From the IMG/VR virus record IMGVR_UViG_3300023109_000018: DNA of 64,000 nucleotides, one strand, 5' to 3'. This stretch comes from a virus. Below are positions 48,752 to 57,045 of this stretch, one piece after another (within the stretch, counting starts at the first letter, position 1; each line of letters starts with the position of its first letter). The translations under genes and the position numbers were made by a program. Below the pieces are notes generated by a model. That model searched no databases. It was not told where the DNA came from and saw only the letters and a program-made list of their open reading frames with translations.

Positions 48752-49678
48752 TTAACTTCTAGCAAGTTCTTTAAAAATTGATAGATCGTCGTCATCGTCA
48801 TCTTCTACAACACTAGATGCCATTGGAGATTCTGCAACCGGAGTCTCGGGTTCGGCCGAAGCCATGTTACCAAGATCTAAGTCATCAGTCGTGTCTTCCA
48901 TAGGGGAAGGTGCAACCGGTGCATCTGCAGTAATATCAAGTACCCGATAGAGCTTAGTCTTCAACTCGGTGTAAGACTTGAAGTTCTTAGGATCAATCAC
49001 CTCGTCAAGCGAGTGTTCTTGTGTCCATACCGCTTCCATCTCTGAATCATCATCAAAGAGTGGAGTCGGCGCATCGAACTCTGACTTATCGTAGTTGGGG
49101 TATCCTTCAAACTGTCGAATCTTCAGACGGAAGTTTGCACCTTCCCAAAGATCGAATGGGTTTACTGGATCCTCATCTTCAAAGCTAGGATTCATCAAGT
49201 CATTCAACTTATCAAAGATCTTTTTACCGAACTGATACATGAATACCTTACCTTCGTTTTCGGGATTTGCAGAATCCTTCACAACGTAGATATTAGAAAC
49301 ATACTTGAGTCGACGTTTCTGCTTTCGAGCCTGCTCTTTGTCGGCATCAATACCAGTGTTCCAGAGCTTAGAGTTAAACTCAGAAACAGGGTCATCATTG
49401 CCAAGAGTGGTCAGTGAGTTTTCGATGTACCAAAGGCCGGTAGGTCCTTGGAAGCCATGATCCCAGATACGAACGAATGGCATTTCTTCACCGTTTGGTG
49501 CAGGCAAGAAACGAATGATTGCGAAACCATTGCCAGCCTTGTCACGTACGGGTTTCCAGAATTTACCTTCATTAGGATCTGAATAGCTTTTTGTTTGGAT
49601 TTTGTCAAGCTGTTGATTGAGCTTGTCGAGGGATTTGCTTCGATTTTTCTTAAGTGCAGCGAAGTCTGTAGGTGCCAT
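48752..49678 (-). CDS. single-stranded DNA-binding protein (gp32)
   Basis: FWKP, IRFLP, HGFQG, YIENSLTT, FDL.EGANF, NYDKSEF, acidic tail. Confidence 0.95.
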   Translation of the reverse strand: MAPTDFAALKKNRSKSLDKLNQQLDKIQTKSYSDPNEGKFWKPVRDKAGNGFAIIRFLPAPNGEEMPFVRIWDHGFQGPTGLWYIENSLTTLGNDDPVSEFNSKLWNTGIDADKEQARKQKRRLKYVSNIYVVKDSANPENEGKVFMYQFGKKIFDKLNDLMNPSFEDEDPVNPFDLWEGANFRLKIRQFEGYPNYDKSEFDAPTPLFDDDSEMEAVWTQEHSLDEVIDPKNFKSYTELKTKLYRVLDITADAPVAPSPMEDTTDDLDLGNMASAEPETPVAESPMASSVVEDDDDDDLSIFKELARS

Positions 49679-49723
49679 ATTGTGTTTCTCCTTTGTATAG
49701 CGTTATATGCGATATATTTCATA

Positions 49724-50326
49724 TCAAATAAAGTGTTCGCGGACAATGTCTTTGAACTTCTTTTCATCAATAGCCAGAAAGGGTTTATACTTTCTAGCAG
49801 TTCTTATTATATCACGCGAAACTATTTTGTCAACCAATTTTTTGTCCCAATAATCAAAAATATTTGCGAAATGGACTAATAGAGTAAATGTCTCTATTGA
49901 GATCTGTTTCCGCAGATATGTCGTCATCAAAATTGGATGTTGACCATCGCGTGATACAAAATTAGCTTGATAATTTTCATCAAGCTGTTTCAGATCAGAC
50001 TTGAAAATGTAAGAGAGTGACTCTTGTTTTCGTTTCCAATCTACATAGACTTGTTCACCTTCGTGTTCAAGTATATCCTTTATCCAGCAGTTGGGTTTTA
50101 CCAACATATTGGACATAATTCTGTTGATGTAATCCTCTTTTTGTGCCAGTTTGGCAAAGAAGAATGCATCGTTTCGGGCTCTAAATGAATCCATTGAAGC
50201 CCTAACTTTACCATTGTATTTATGAAAATCGTAACCGTCAGTTGTAAAATGCTTCTTTAAAGCAAGATATTTGACGTAGGCCTCAAATGAGGTTTCATTC
50301 ACATAGGTCGGTGATGTTAGGCTCAT
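49724..50326 (-). CDS. helicase loader (gp59)
   Basis: YLALKKHFTTDGYDFHKYNG, HP, KYKPFL. Confidence 0.9.
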   Translation of the reverse strand: MSLTSPTYVNETSFEAYVKYLALKKHFTTDGYDFHKYNGKVRASMDSFRARNDAFFFAKLAQKEDYINRIMSNMLVKPNCWIKDILEHEGEQVYVDWKRKQESLSYIFKSDLKQLDENYQANFVSRDGQHPILMTTYLRKQISIETFTLLVHFANIFDYWDKKLVDKIVSRDIIRTARKYKPFLAIDEKKFKDIVREHFI

Positions 50327-50534
50327 CTTGTTTTACCATTCTCAAATCAACAGCTTCAGTTCTTACTTTTTCTTTCAATATCGAAGACTTCTTAACGATG
50401 TCAGCGATAGATTCGATCTCAAGATTGTTTTTCTCGGCGTAATGGACGAGAGCATCGATGTATGGAACACCGCGCGCAATCATGTTTGAGATGTCATGGT
50501 GGATCTTTTCGGGGGTCATTTTCACAACCGACAT
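50295..50534 (-). CDS. late transcription coactivator (gp33)
   Basis: YIDA.V.Y.E.N.LE.E.I..I....LKEKV..EA..L; synteny with gp59-gp32. Confidence 0.85.
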   Translation of the reverse strand: MSVVKMTPEKIHHDISNMIARGVPYIDALVHYAEKNNLEIESIADIVKKSSILKEKVRTEAVDLRMVKQDEPNITDLCE

Positions 50535-50562
50535 TAATACCTCCTTGATTTTTGAAGAGTAC

Positions 50563-50591
50563 ATTATATCAGGATATGCATACAATGTCAA
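50563..50591 (-). promoter_or_regulatory. sigma70-type promoter
   Basis: TTGACA-N17-TATAAT upstream of gp33. Confidence 0.8.
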
Positions 50592-50603
50592 CCAATTTCG
50601 CAA

Positions 50604-50642
50604 ATAAAAAAAACGGCCTGAACATTCTCACATTCAGACCGT
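50604..50642 (-). terminator. Rho-independent terminator
   Basis: ACGGTCTGAA/TTCAGGCCGT stem followed by T-run. Confidence 0.8.
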
Positions 50643-50643
50643 C

Positions 50644-50672
50644 ATTATATCAAAGTGCTACCACTATGTCAA
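50644..50672 (-). promoter_or_regulatory. sigma70-type promoter abutting the terminator
   Basis: TTGACA-N17-TATAAT. Confidence 0.75.
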
Positions 50673-50679
50673 GGGTTAT

Positions 50680-50850
50680 TTACAACATCGGTACCGGGAT
50701 CGAGTACATCATCAACTCCGGGTGGATCTGATAACTTGCGGGGCTTATAAGGGGCATCAAGCCACCAGCGATCGACAGTATAAGTATCACAGACAATGCT
50801 ATGATAGCAATACGATCTTCTTTTTTGGAATCCGTGGGCTTTTTCATCAT
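50680..50850 (-). CDS. small membrane protein (56 aa)
   Basis: Translated by hand: MMKKPTDSKKEDRIAIIALSVILILSIAGG... Confidence 0.55.
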   Translation of the reverse strand: MMKKPTDSKKEDRIAIIALSVILILSIAGGLMPLISPASYQIHPELMMYSIPVPML

Positions 50851-50981
50851 TGTGACACTGTCATTGCTATGATAATAAAGGGTAGGGCTATAGGCAAGGT
50901 TACTGCTGTTGTGAGGTACACTGCATCACAGAACAAACATAATTTACCATTGTTGCGGAAGTTAGACAGAAGGTTGTTCAT
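50847..50981 (-). CDS. small membrane protein with CxxC (44 aa)
   Basis: Translated by hand: MNNLLSNFRNNGKLCLFCDAVYL...LPIALPFIIIAM; SD GGAGG; ATGA overlap. Confidence 0.55.
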   Translation of the reverse strand: MNNLLSNFRNNGKLCLFCDAVYLTTAVTLPIALPFIIIAMTVSQ

Positions 50982-51195
50982 GACCCTCCTGCTCCATTCG
51001 GTGGTTCGCTATAATCAAATTTTTCATCTCAGAAAAACTCCTTTCATTTGGGGGATTTAAGGTGTAAAAGATAGTTTATTGTTACCTTTTGTAACAATCT
51101 TTCATTTTACGATAATATATATACAGCTAGATCGTCAGAATGCGTTATTTCTTCCATTTATTTTTGTCATACAATATATTACATAGCGGAATGTG

Positions 51196-51888
51196 TTAAG
51201 GATCGATCTCCTCAAACAATACATCATTGACATATTGCTCTATCTTACCTTCGTCTAGGTTCATTGCCCTAAGTGAGTTCCAGAGCTGCTTATTCTTTTT
51301 CTGATTAACACAGTAATTATTATGCCAATCCAAATGATCAACACCATTCTTCCAAAGAGCCCCATGTTGGACTTCTGAAAGATAGTAAGAAATCAATTTT
51401 AATGCATGCTCACAAAACTGCTCTGTTTCTTCACCCTCACGAATATTTCCTGCTGCAACCATATGAGGTGAAAATATCTCTTTGGCCCAATCGGGTAGCT
51501 CTCGTTCTTTCTTCCATACCAAATCTCTGGTGGCAAGACCAAATGTGGTAACAATGGGGTGCGTATCGTGAGACACGGGAGAGAAATCAAAAAAAGAACC
51601 ACTGATTTTATTCGGACCTGCAACAACATCGAGCCCCAAGATAGGGTAATGTAATGAGGCATCTGGGAAGACATTAATGTGTATCAACCAGAGTTTTGGC
51701 TTGCCTGGCAATGGCTCAATTATTTTTAGGTGTGCCTTACGAATGGAATCAGATCGCCAAAAGAGATCTGTCCAACCTTCAAACTCATTGACATGCTTTT
51801 CGTTATCAAATGATTCTAAATGATTGTCGAATAGTTTAATAATATCGGCCGACAGCTCTCGCAGTCTATTCAGTAATGGTGTATCCAT
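51196..51888 (-). CDS. pcyX: ferredoxin-dependent bilin reductase (PcyX/PcyA group)
   Basis: RKAHL, LIHINVFP, PILGLDVVAG, FFDFSP, RELPDWAKEIFS, YCVNQKKN; adjacent to heme oxygenase. Confidence 0.85.
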   Translation of the reverse strand: MDTPLLNRLRELSADIIKLFDNHLESFDNEKHVNEFEGWTDLFWRSDSIRKAHLKIIEPLPGKPKLWLIHINVFPDASLHYPILGLDVVAGPNKISGSFFDFSPVSHDTHPIVTTFGLATRDLVWKKERELPDWAKEIFSPHMVAAGNIREGEETEQFCEHALKLISYYLSEVQHGALWKNGVDHLDWHNNYCVNQKKNKQLWNSLRAMNLDEGKIEQYVNDVLFEEIDP

Positions 51889-51902
51889 AATGTATCCTGT
51901 GG

Positions 51903-52451
51903 TTAATCAGTTGTTGAGAAAATTGTATCTAATTCCCCAAATAATTTTGTTGCGTATTCAAAGCAAATAATTGCCTCATCGACCATATCATCGTACAACA
52001 ATTCTCGAATACCAGAAATCAATTCTCGTCTATTCTCAAATTCATACATTGAACCCGAGCCTGGTACTCTCTTTTTAATAATCTGACCACCGTGCATATC
52101 GCCGAAATGTCTTACATAAAGGTGGGCCATTAGATCGTCGTTATCTTCTAGGCTTAAAATATGATCGATGTAGTCATCAACAGATCTTAGGTTTTCAGAA
52201 ATCCATGTTAAGTTGTAGGACTCTTCTAATTCACACAAATCGGCCAGGATCTTGTCTGCCCTAAAGACACCGGTGAGTTCTTGTGCTAGATGTACACGTT
52301 CCTCAAGTGCCCGGTAAATTTCATATTGTGATTTTAAATAATATTGATATGCGACAGGAGTAATATCTCCACTAATCAACATACCGGCGAACCTTGATTG
52401 TTCGGCCATATCGTGGTGTTTCTGGGTTAATTGTTTTAGACTGGTAGCCAT
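51903..52451 (-). CDS. hemO: heme oxygenase
   Basis: T..HH..AE proximal His, HLYVRHFGDMHGGQII, EA..CF; start MATSLK with SD GAGGG. Confidence 0.92.
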   Translation of the reverse strand: MATSLKQLTQKHHDMAEQSRFAGMLISGDITPVAYQYYLKSQYEIYRALEERVHLAQELTGVFRADKILADLCELEESYNLTWISENLRSVDDYIDHILSLEDNDDLMAHLYVRHFGDMHGGQIIKKRVPGSGSMYEFENRRELISGIRELLYDDMVDEAIICFEYATKLFGELDTIFSTTD

Positions 52452-52539
52452 ATTCCCTCTCATTATTATTAGTGCCCCGGTTCGGTAGCAGGGCTGGGGC
52501 CACACCCTGTAGCGAGGCTGCGACTGCCTCGAGTGAATT

Positions 52540-52553
52540 TATTTATATAAATA
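52540..52553. promoter_or_regulatory. overlapping divergent T4 late promoters
   Basis: Palindrome TATTTATATAAATA gives TATAAATA on both strands. Confidence 0.75.
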
Positions 52554-52583
52554 ATTAAAATTCAAATAATAAGGGGGGTTTAT

Positions 52584-53381
52584 ATGCTGAATGAAGCTGC
52601 GAGACAATACGAAAAACATGTAGTTACCAGTTGGTTGGGACAATTACATGCAAAATTAGCCGCGGCAGCATATGAAGATCCCGATGTAGCAAAACCAATC
52701 TATAAGGCAGAAGGTTTCACCGGATCGAAATTTTTCGAAAAGGATGGAGCTCAAGCCTATGCAGTTTGGAACAAAGAATATATTGTTCTTTGCTTTAGGG
52801 GCACCGAGCCAACAGAAATTAGTGATCTCAAAGCAGATCTTAATGCCTGGCCGGATCGTGGAGAAGTTGGGGGACTTGTTCACGATGGCTTCCAAACCGA
52901 GGTGGATAAGATTTGGGGAAGTATTCTTAAAACAGTTTCTTCAAAAACTCACGCCTCTAAAAAGTTGACCATGTGTGGCCATTCGCTCGGTGGGGCAATG
53001 GCCACACTGGCAGCTTCCAGATTAAAAGACAGAGTACATTCTCTCTATACATTTGGTTCACCCCGTGTTGGCAATAAGAAATTTGTCAACGCAATTAAAG
53101 ACCTGACCCATTATAGGTTTGTTAACAACAACGACATCGTTCCTACAGTTCCTTTCATGTGGATGGGTTACCGACACCACGGTGAATGTATGTACTTTAA
53201 TTACTCTGGCATCTTAAGAAAGTTTACCTTCTGGGAAGATCGGCTGGATAAATTGAAGGGCAAATGGACAGCTCTTAAAAAGGGTCAAGTCTTTGATGGA
53301 CTGTATGATCACGGTACAAATTATTATTGTCAATATACAGCGAGTAATTATGAACATCAAGGAAAGAATAGCAAGAGCTAA
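52584..53381 (+). CDS. lipase class 3 (alpha/beta hydrolase)
   Basis: FRGTE, VHDGF, GHSLGG, TFGSPRVG, NNNDIVP. Confidence 0.92.
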   Translation: MLNEAARQYEKHVVTSWLGQLHAKLAAAAYEDPDVAKPIYKAEGFTGSKFFEKDGAQAYAVWNKEYIVLCFRGTEPTEISDLKADLNAWPDRGEVGGLVHDGFQTEVDKIWGSILKTVSSKTHASKKLTMCGHSLGGAMATLAASRLKDRVHSLYTFGSPRVGNKKFVNAIKDLTHYRFVNNNDIVPTVPFMWMGYRHHGECMYFNYSGILRKFTFWEDRLDKLKGKWTALKKGQVFDGLYDHGTNYYCQYTASNYEHQGKNSKS

Positions 53382-53562
53382 AGTATTAATCATGGGTATG
53401 TTCGACCCCTCATGGGATTGGAAACTTGGTCTAAATGTCAACGAAAGACTCAGAAGGTTAGAAGAGTGGACTCATCCGCCTGTTGCTCCTGGTGGTGCAA
53501 CTGAGCTTGATGATAAAATCCGTAAACTAGAAAAAAGAATAACAAAGCTGGAGAAGAAATAA
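53293..53562 (+). CDS. hypothetical protein
   Basis: EEWTHPPV motif; true start probably MNIKER. Confidence 0.55.
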   Translation: MMDCMITVQIIIVNIQRVIMNIKERIARAKVLIMGMFDPSWDWKLGLNVNERLRRLEEWTHPPVAPGGATELDDKIRKLEKRITKLEKK

Positions 53563-53762
53563 TGTCAGAAGACGAAACAGAAACTCATCGCGAGATTATG
53601 AATCACTATAGCAACTACTTAATGGAAGAGGCTAAGTTCGAACAGAAAGGTATTAAGGCTTCAGCAACAAGAGCTCGTAAGCACTTGGGCGAGATCGGCA
53701 AATTAGTAAAGATCCGACGTGCTGAAATTCAAGAAAAGAAAAATAGCATGGAGAGTAAGTAA
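53562..53762 (+). CDS. Hc1/histone-H1-like small protein
   Basis: KASATRARKHLGEI.KLVK.RR.EIQE.K. Confidence 0.65.
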   Translation: MSEDETETHREIMNHYSNYLMEEAKFEQKGIKASATRARKHLGEIGKLVKIRRAEIQEKKNSMESK

Positions 53763-53973
53763 AGGCCAAATGAAATGGAAATTTTGGGGGATTCATCCTC
53801 CCGAAAAAGAAACGATAGATGTCATGAAGGACGATACAGATCCTTCCGATGTCAGCATCGAAAACGCTTATAAGACTCGGTGGATTTGGTACCATACAAT
53901 TTTGGCATTGGAAATTTTGATGACTAATATATTATTGATCGCTATACTCATTGTTTTATCAATAAAATTATAA
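53719..53973 (+). CDS. small membrane protein
   Basis: AYKTRWIWYHTIL..E..TN..L motif, C-terminal TM. Confidence 0.55.
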   Translation: MLKFKKRKIAWRVSKGQMKWKFWGIHPPEKETIDVMKDDTDPSDVSIENAYKTRWIWYHTILALEILMTNILLIAILIVLSIKL

Positions 53974-53984
53974 GGAATTATTCA

Positions 53985-54308
53985 ATGGCAGAAGAAGAAA
54001 ATAAGACGTACCACCCAGCTGACACCAACGGTGATGGTAAGGTAACTGACGTAGAAGAGCAAATGTATTTAGAGTTCAAGCGAAAAGAACTTGAAGATGC
54101 AGATGCAATGAGAGATGCACAGAGATCAATGGCATGGTTTGCCTTGTTCGGTATGCTTCTCTATCCATTTGCTGTGGTACTTGCTACATTCGTGGGTCTG
54201 GATCAGGCTTCGAAAATCCTTGGTGACATGGCTGCAACCTATTTCGTGTCGGTAGCTGCAATCGTTGCTGCTTTCTTCGGCGGACAGGCATTCGCTTCAA
54301 AGAAATAA
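53985..54308 (+). CDS. two-TM protein with EF-hand-like loop, possible holin
   Basis: DTNGDGKV loop; two TM helices; basic C-terminus. Confidence 0.5.
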   Translation: MAEEENKTYHPADTNGDGKVTDVEEQMYLEFKRKELEDADAMRDAQRSMAWFALFGMLLYPFAVVLATFVGLDQASKILGDMAATYFVSVAAIVAAFFGGQAFASKK

Positions 54309-54309
54309 C

Positions 54310-55152
54310 TTAGCCTATAGGCATTACATTGCCATAGTTCTGAGTTTTCGGGCAACAATGTTCATAATCAAATAATTGATCTAATGTTGAATGTTGCCCG
54401 ACTCTTTCCCACCAGCTATTCACGTAATCATAGGATCTCTGTGCTACATGCTCGAGATCTTTTCGCGATCGTCGAACTGGATCTATCGTCTGAAATCTCG
54501 GGACGTTGTGGTTGATGATTGGATAAATGTAGAAGTAACCTAGACCAAAGACCGTATTCTCAATGGTAGCTTCCCATCTTTCATATGTGCCAGACCGAGG
54601 CCCATCAGCCGGTGGTCCTTGTTTTATGATAAAGGGCATTTTAAAATGAATCGTATTATCATCGGTAAAGTAGTAATCGATGATCTTTTTGGCATAATGT
54701 CTTTTGATAATATAACATTGCAGACCATGATCAAATCCATTTCGATGCCGAGGATACATTACAGCCCAACCTTCGTGCATCACACAAAGCTGTATACCAT
54801 CCCATAGAGGTCCGAATCTCTCAAGTAGCTGATCGAATCGAAAAGGCCATTTCTTGGTGACTTCGAAATCGGCGTCATCTTCAAAAATTGCAACCATATC
54901 TTCGTCGGACTCTTCATACCAACGCTTGATTGTAAGTAGGTGAGAAGTAGTAGCCCCAAGGGGTAACATATCTAATACCGCTTGATCTCCAGTCACTTTC
55001 ACATCGGAATTTTCCCAGCGTTCATACTGATAAATCTCATAGTCAGTAATGCCCAATTTGGCAAATTCTCCTGCCATGTATTCTCGACGATCGGCAGCTT
55101 CTTTTACATTGACTACCCTACACTGAGGAAAGCCTGTCATTCTCTCAATCAT
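54310..55152 (-). CDS. glycosyltransferase family 25-like
   Basis: DRREYM, SHL..IK.W, IFEDD, CYII. Confidence 0.8.
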   Translation of the reverse strand: MIERMTGFPQCRVVNVKEAADRREYMAGEFAKLGITDYEIYQYERWENSDVKVTGDQAVLDMLPLGATTSHLLTIKRWYEESDEDMVAIFEDDADFEVTKKWPFRFDQLLERFGPLWDGIQLCVMHEGWAVMYPRHRNGFDHGLQCYIIKRHYAKKIIDYYFTDDNTIHFKMPFIIKQGPPADGPRSGTYERWEATIENTVFGLGYFYIYPIINHNVPRFQTIDPVRRSRKDLEHVAQRSYDYVNSWWERVGQHSTLDQLFDYEHCCPKTQNYGNVMPIG

Positions 55153-55154
55153 GT

Positions 55155-55976
55155 TTACTCCATTTCAAAAAAAGTAGCTTCTCTTTGCATCCTTTCGGTC
55201 TTGAAAAACTCTGTAAGAACTTCAATGTATTGTGGCATGTCTTTTGGTACCCACACAGAGATTTTTGGTATGTCACCTATTCTGTGATAGTTTTGTTTTT
55301 CCATAAATTCAATTGCTTCCGTCACGCCATAATCTTCCAGCATCACAATGGGCTTATATTTTTGTAGAGTACCTTCAGAACCTTCCAATACCTTTTGCTC
55401 ATGTCCTTCCACATCAATGTGCATGCATACAATATTTGCCATATTATACATGTCGACTGTATGCGCATTAGTGAGTTGACCCCCAGCAGCAATATTTTTG
55501 CCATCAACCAGACTGCCTAGGACATCTTCTGTGTGCATGACCATTTGACTGTCGACCCAAAATGTACCTATCTCATTCGAAAGAGCTGCATGGTGAAGCA
55601 CGACATTCGATAATTTATTCTGGTTAGTAGTCAGCAGACAAGCATAGTAGTTTTCGTGGACTGGTTCAAATGCAAAGATCTTGCCTTCCGGGTTTGCCTT
55701 AGAGAACGAGGGTAGCATATCGCCAACGAACGCCCCAGCATGAACAACATCCTTGCCGGGTATTCTATCACATATATGTCGCACTAGCATGTGCGTGACT
55801 TCCTCAAATAAAAATCCACGAAGCAGACACTTAGCTGTGGCATGTTCCTGTACCACATCGGGAACAAAAAAGGTTTCTGGTCTACTTTCAAACAAATTCC
55901 ACCATTCAATCTGCTTGAACTTAATGGGAATCACTTTATCTTTAATCAGTACTCGAAGCATTTGGTGCTGTGACAT
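55155..55976 (-). CDS. FkbM-family methyltransferase
   Basis: VHAGAFVG, AFEP, HIDVEGHE. Confidence 0.85.
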   Translation of the reverse strand: MSQHQMLRVLIKDKVIPIKFKQIEWWNLFESRPETFFVPDVVQEHATAKCLLRGFLFEEVTHMLVRHICDRIPGKDVVHAGAFVGDMLPSFSKANPEGKIFAFEPVHENYYACLLTTNQNKLSNVVLHHAALSNEIGTFWVDSQMVMHTEDVLGSLVDGKNIAAGGQLTNAHTVDMYNMANIVCMHIDVEGHEQKVLEGSEGTLQKYKPIVMLEDYGVTEAIEFMEKQNYHRIGDIPKISVWVPKDMPQYIEVLTEFFKTERMQREATFFEME

Positions 55977-56120
55977 TTATAATCCTTTTTTATTATCGTC
56001 TTGGTCTGTCGTTTTCTTTATCAGTGTGAATGTAGTCACACCAGCGAATATAACAGCACACATGGTTACAACCATTATCGCTACCAAAATACTAGAGAGA
56101 ATTACATCTAACATATCCAT
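55977..56120 (-). CDS. small membrane protein (47 aa)
   Basis: Translated by hand; hydrophobic. Confidence 0.45.
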   Translation of the reverse strand: MDMLDVILSSILVAIMVVTMCAVIFAGVTTFTLIKKTTDQDDNKKGL

Positions 56121-56121
56121 A

Positions 56122-56859
56122 TTAGGCCCCATACTTCTGAATGAATTCGTAATCTAATTTGTAATAATTCGTCAACCAATCTATCTGCTTTGGGGTAAAC
56201 ATATCCCTTGTAATTTTATAGTTGGTTTTATTATCGTGCTTTTCAGTATCAAAAACCTTTCCGATATCTTTTTTCCAAGCAAATTGAAATTCACTAAACG
56301 CCTTTGTATCGACGTAAAGAGCTTGATTGTGGAAATGATGTACCTGATGCTCTGAATGCAAAACATCTAAATTATTAAAGAATAGATCCCAGCGTTCTTC
56401 ATATGATTTGAATGTGATATCGACACGAGCGTTATAGAAAAACGCATGTTGGCCAGTAGTCCAATAACGTCCATCTTCTACAAGATATGCATTGGCTGTT
56501 GATGTGAATCGGTCAATCGGATCTGTAAAGATAACATGTGGTTTATAGTTTGCCACCAGCTCTTGATAGACCGGATCCGATCTCTGAATGTGTTTTCGCT
56601 CTGGGTGAGATTCTTTTATCGTGACCGAACCGCTTCGGGGTATCTCAAACCAACACCGGTAATCGTTGGGGTCCTCATAGAGCTTATACAGTAAAGGCCA
56701 CTTGATTCTATCACAATGCCAACAGCGACAGTCTCTTAGGGTTTTGGGAGCGCGTAGAATGGTAGGACCACCCTCAATGTGCTTATCGCCAGAGACTTCT
56801 TTGACCTCTGGGTATTTTACCTTCTGGTAATCATTCAAAAATTCATTACGACTTAACAT
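56122..56859 (-). CDS. sulfotransferase family 2-like
   Basis: EIPRSGS, DPIDRF.S, HFHNQ, YYKLDY. Confidence 0.65.
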   Translation of the reverse strand: MLSRNEFLNDYQKVKYPEVKEVSGDKHIEGGPTILRAPKTLRDCRCWHCDRIKWPLLYKLYEDPNDYRCWFEIPRSGSVTIKESHPERKHIQRSDPVYQELVANYKPHVIFTDPIDRFTSTANAYLVEDGRYWTTGQHAFFYNARVDITFKSYEERWDLFFNNLDVLHSEHQVHHFHNQALYVDTKAFSEFQFAWKKDIGKVFDTEKHDNKTNYKITRDMFTPKQIDWLTNYYKLDYEFIQKYGA

Positions 56860-56862
56860 ACT

Positions 56863-57045
56863 CTAACTCAATTCAAATATTTCAATAACCTTGTCTTTGG
56901 GCACATCAATGACCATGCCATCATGACGCTTGACGAAATGGGACGACGCATCATCACCATTCAACTCTTCTGGTAAGACACCAGCAGTCTCCAGCTCGAC
57001 ACCCTCTTTCATTGGGTGAGTATAAGTGATTCTGACCTTACGCAT
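56863..57045 (-). CDS. hypothetical protein
   Basis: 60-aa ORF in operon. Confidence 0.5.
   Translation of the reverse strand: MRKVRITYTHPMKEGVELETAGVLPEELNGDDASSHFVKRHDGMVIDVPKDKVIEIFELS

Noticed and set aside
52452-52505. N-terminal extension of heme oxygenase (MWPQPCY...)
   Set aside because: ATG 52451 has a good SD; the extension is the structured leader
50680-53381. Phycobiliprotein, phytochrome or rhodopsin gene as the bilin acceptor
   Set aside because: No globin-like phycobiliprotein, GAF or 7-TM sequence found in the window
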